Shown here: positions 25,617 to 26,602 of the stretch, piece after piece
How the letters are laid out: each line of letters begins with the position of its first letter
Position numbering within the stretch: position 1 is the stretch's first letter
From: Arcobacter sp.
GTDB lineage: Bacteria; Campylobacterota; Campylobacteria; Campylobacterales; Arcobacteraceae
Direction of reading: 5' to 3'
Length of the DNA: 26,602 bases
Assembly: GCA_965662175.1 (NCBI GenBank)
Contig: CBFIGT010000021.1
Span: 1-26,602 of the forward strand
Translations under genes and position numbers: made by a program
The notes under the pieces: model-generated
The model's input: the letters and a program-made list of their open reading frames with translations, nothing else
Told to the model about the DNA's origin: nothing
Database searches by the model: none

Positions 25617-26602
25617 ATGAGTATGAGTCAGGAAGAAATAGAATCATTGATGAATGGTTTAGATATTACAGAAAATGAAAATTCAAAAGAAGAAGATACA
25701 AAAGAAGAAGATGCTCTTGAGGAAGATAATGACTCAAAAACTATGTCTGAAGAGGATATAGAAGCATTAATCGCACAAACTAGTGTATCAACTGAGTCTA
25801 ATGAAGATAATGAAGTGGTTGATAATGATTCAATAGATGATTTGTTAAAAGAGTTAGAAAATAGTGATTCTAGTTCATCTGACATTGAAAGTGATGATTC
25901 AATAGATGATTTAATAAATAGTTTAGAAAACAAAGATGATGAAAATAATGAAATAGCAGCTTCAGATGTAGAAAAAGTTGAAAATAGTAAAGATGAAGAT
26001 ACAGAAGCTGTAGATACAAGTGATATTGATGAACTTTTAGAGGGTTTAAAAAGTAGTAGTAGCGATAATGATTATTTAAAAGATTTAGATGATTTAAATA
26101 TAAATGAAGAGGCTGAAACTTTAGATGATTTAGATTTAGCAAAAGATGAAGAGATATATGAAAATCCTAAATATAGATATAAAAATGTAGTTTCTGTAGA
26201 TAAAATAAATATACCTAATCAATTAGGTGAAGTTGCAAATGATTCTGAAGAGAAGGCTACTAAAATATTTGATGCTTTAAGTTATATTCTTGAAGATAAT
26301 GCAAGTTTGAGAAAAACAGTAAAAGGTTTAGACTCATTTATTCAATCACAACAAAAAATGTTAGAAACATTAAATGCTAAGTTTCCAAATGTAAAAGAGT
26401 TTTCTGATAATTTAGAACTAGTAAAAAGCTTAGCTGATATGCCAAGTGATATTCAAACAAGATTATCAAATAGAGATAAAGAGTTGTTTGAAGCTATGGA
26501 GCTTATGCAGTTTCATGATATAAATAGACAAAAAATTGAGAGAGTGATGAATGTTGTTGTAAATCTTTCAAAACAATTAAATAATATTCTTGATGATAGT
26601 TG
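25617..26602 (+). CDS. cheZ: CheZ-like CheY-P phosphatase (epsilonproteobacterial type), 3' end beyond the window; absent from the ORF track
   Basis: Frame is open from ATG 25611/25617/25623 to the window end. N-terminus MSQEEIESLM; core NQLGEVANDSEEKATKIFD, KFPNV, and MQFHDINRQKIERV with the DxxxQ motif at 26517-26531. Confidence 0.85.
   Translation, partial: MSMSQEEIESLMNGLDITENENSKEEDTKEEDALEEDNDSKTMSEEDIEALIAQTSVSTESNEDNEVVDNDSIDDLLKELENSDSSSSDIESDDSIDDLINSLENKDDENNEIAASDVEKVENSKDEDTEAVDTSDIDELLEGLKSSSSDNDYLKDLDDLNINEEAETLDDLDLAKDEEIYENPKYRYKNVVSVDKINIPNQLGEVANDSEEKATKIFDALSYILEDNASLRKTVKGLDSFIQSQQKMLETLNAKFPNVKEFSDNLELVKSLADMPSDIQTRLSNRDKELFEAMELMQFHDINRQKIERVMNVVVNLSKQLNNILDDS

Noticed and set aside
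25178..26142. Minus-strand ORFs 25178-25360, 25628-25933, 25870-26142
   Set aside because: Antisense shadows of cheY and the cheZ-like gene; their Ser- or Leu/His-rich composition mirrors acidic codons on the plus strand.
1..26602. CRISPR array, tRNA, rRNA or prophage genes
   Set aside because: No regularly spaced repeat-spacer pattern, cloverleaf, rRNA-like segment or phage hallmark gene was recognised by eye.

Overview
AT-rich bacterial chromosome segment; gene content and order point to Campylobacterota, most likely Arcobacteraceae (inference). Left to right: (1) an IS1634-like transposase cut off by the left end of an IS3-like element (1-467); (2) a minus-strand accessory glycan-modification cluster (490-8181), in transcription order: PelA/GH114-like hydrolase, lipoprotein HlyD-type adaptor, LPG-synthase/flippase-like membrane protein, then FkbH - ACP - MaoC dehydratase - SDR - GNAT - CE4 deacetylase, which looks like a stand-alone glyceryl/lactyl-ACP pathway for re-acylating a deacetylated polysaccharide; the GNAT appears to start at an ATA codon; (3) tkt, then a beta-hydroxyacid dehydrogenase + tautomerase pair; (4) an ars operon with a 30-bp palindrome over its promoter, an apparently deleted arsR remnant, a gamma-glutamylcyclotransferase, arsB, a ~110-bp nested hairpin and arsC; (5) rarD and the conserved purE-glyQ-nif3-zinc ribbon-waaA-pseudouridine synthase-ffh-rpsP-khpA-rimM block, without trmD-rplS; (6) the edge of a flagellar/chemotaxis region: flgG with two uncharacterised downstream genes, cheY, and a cheZ-like gene that the ORF track missed because it runs off the window end. 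No tRNA, rRNA or CRISPR array was recognised. All family calls come from motif recognition by eye; no searches were run.
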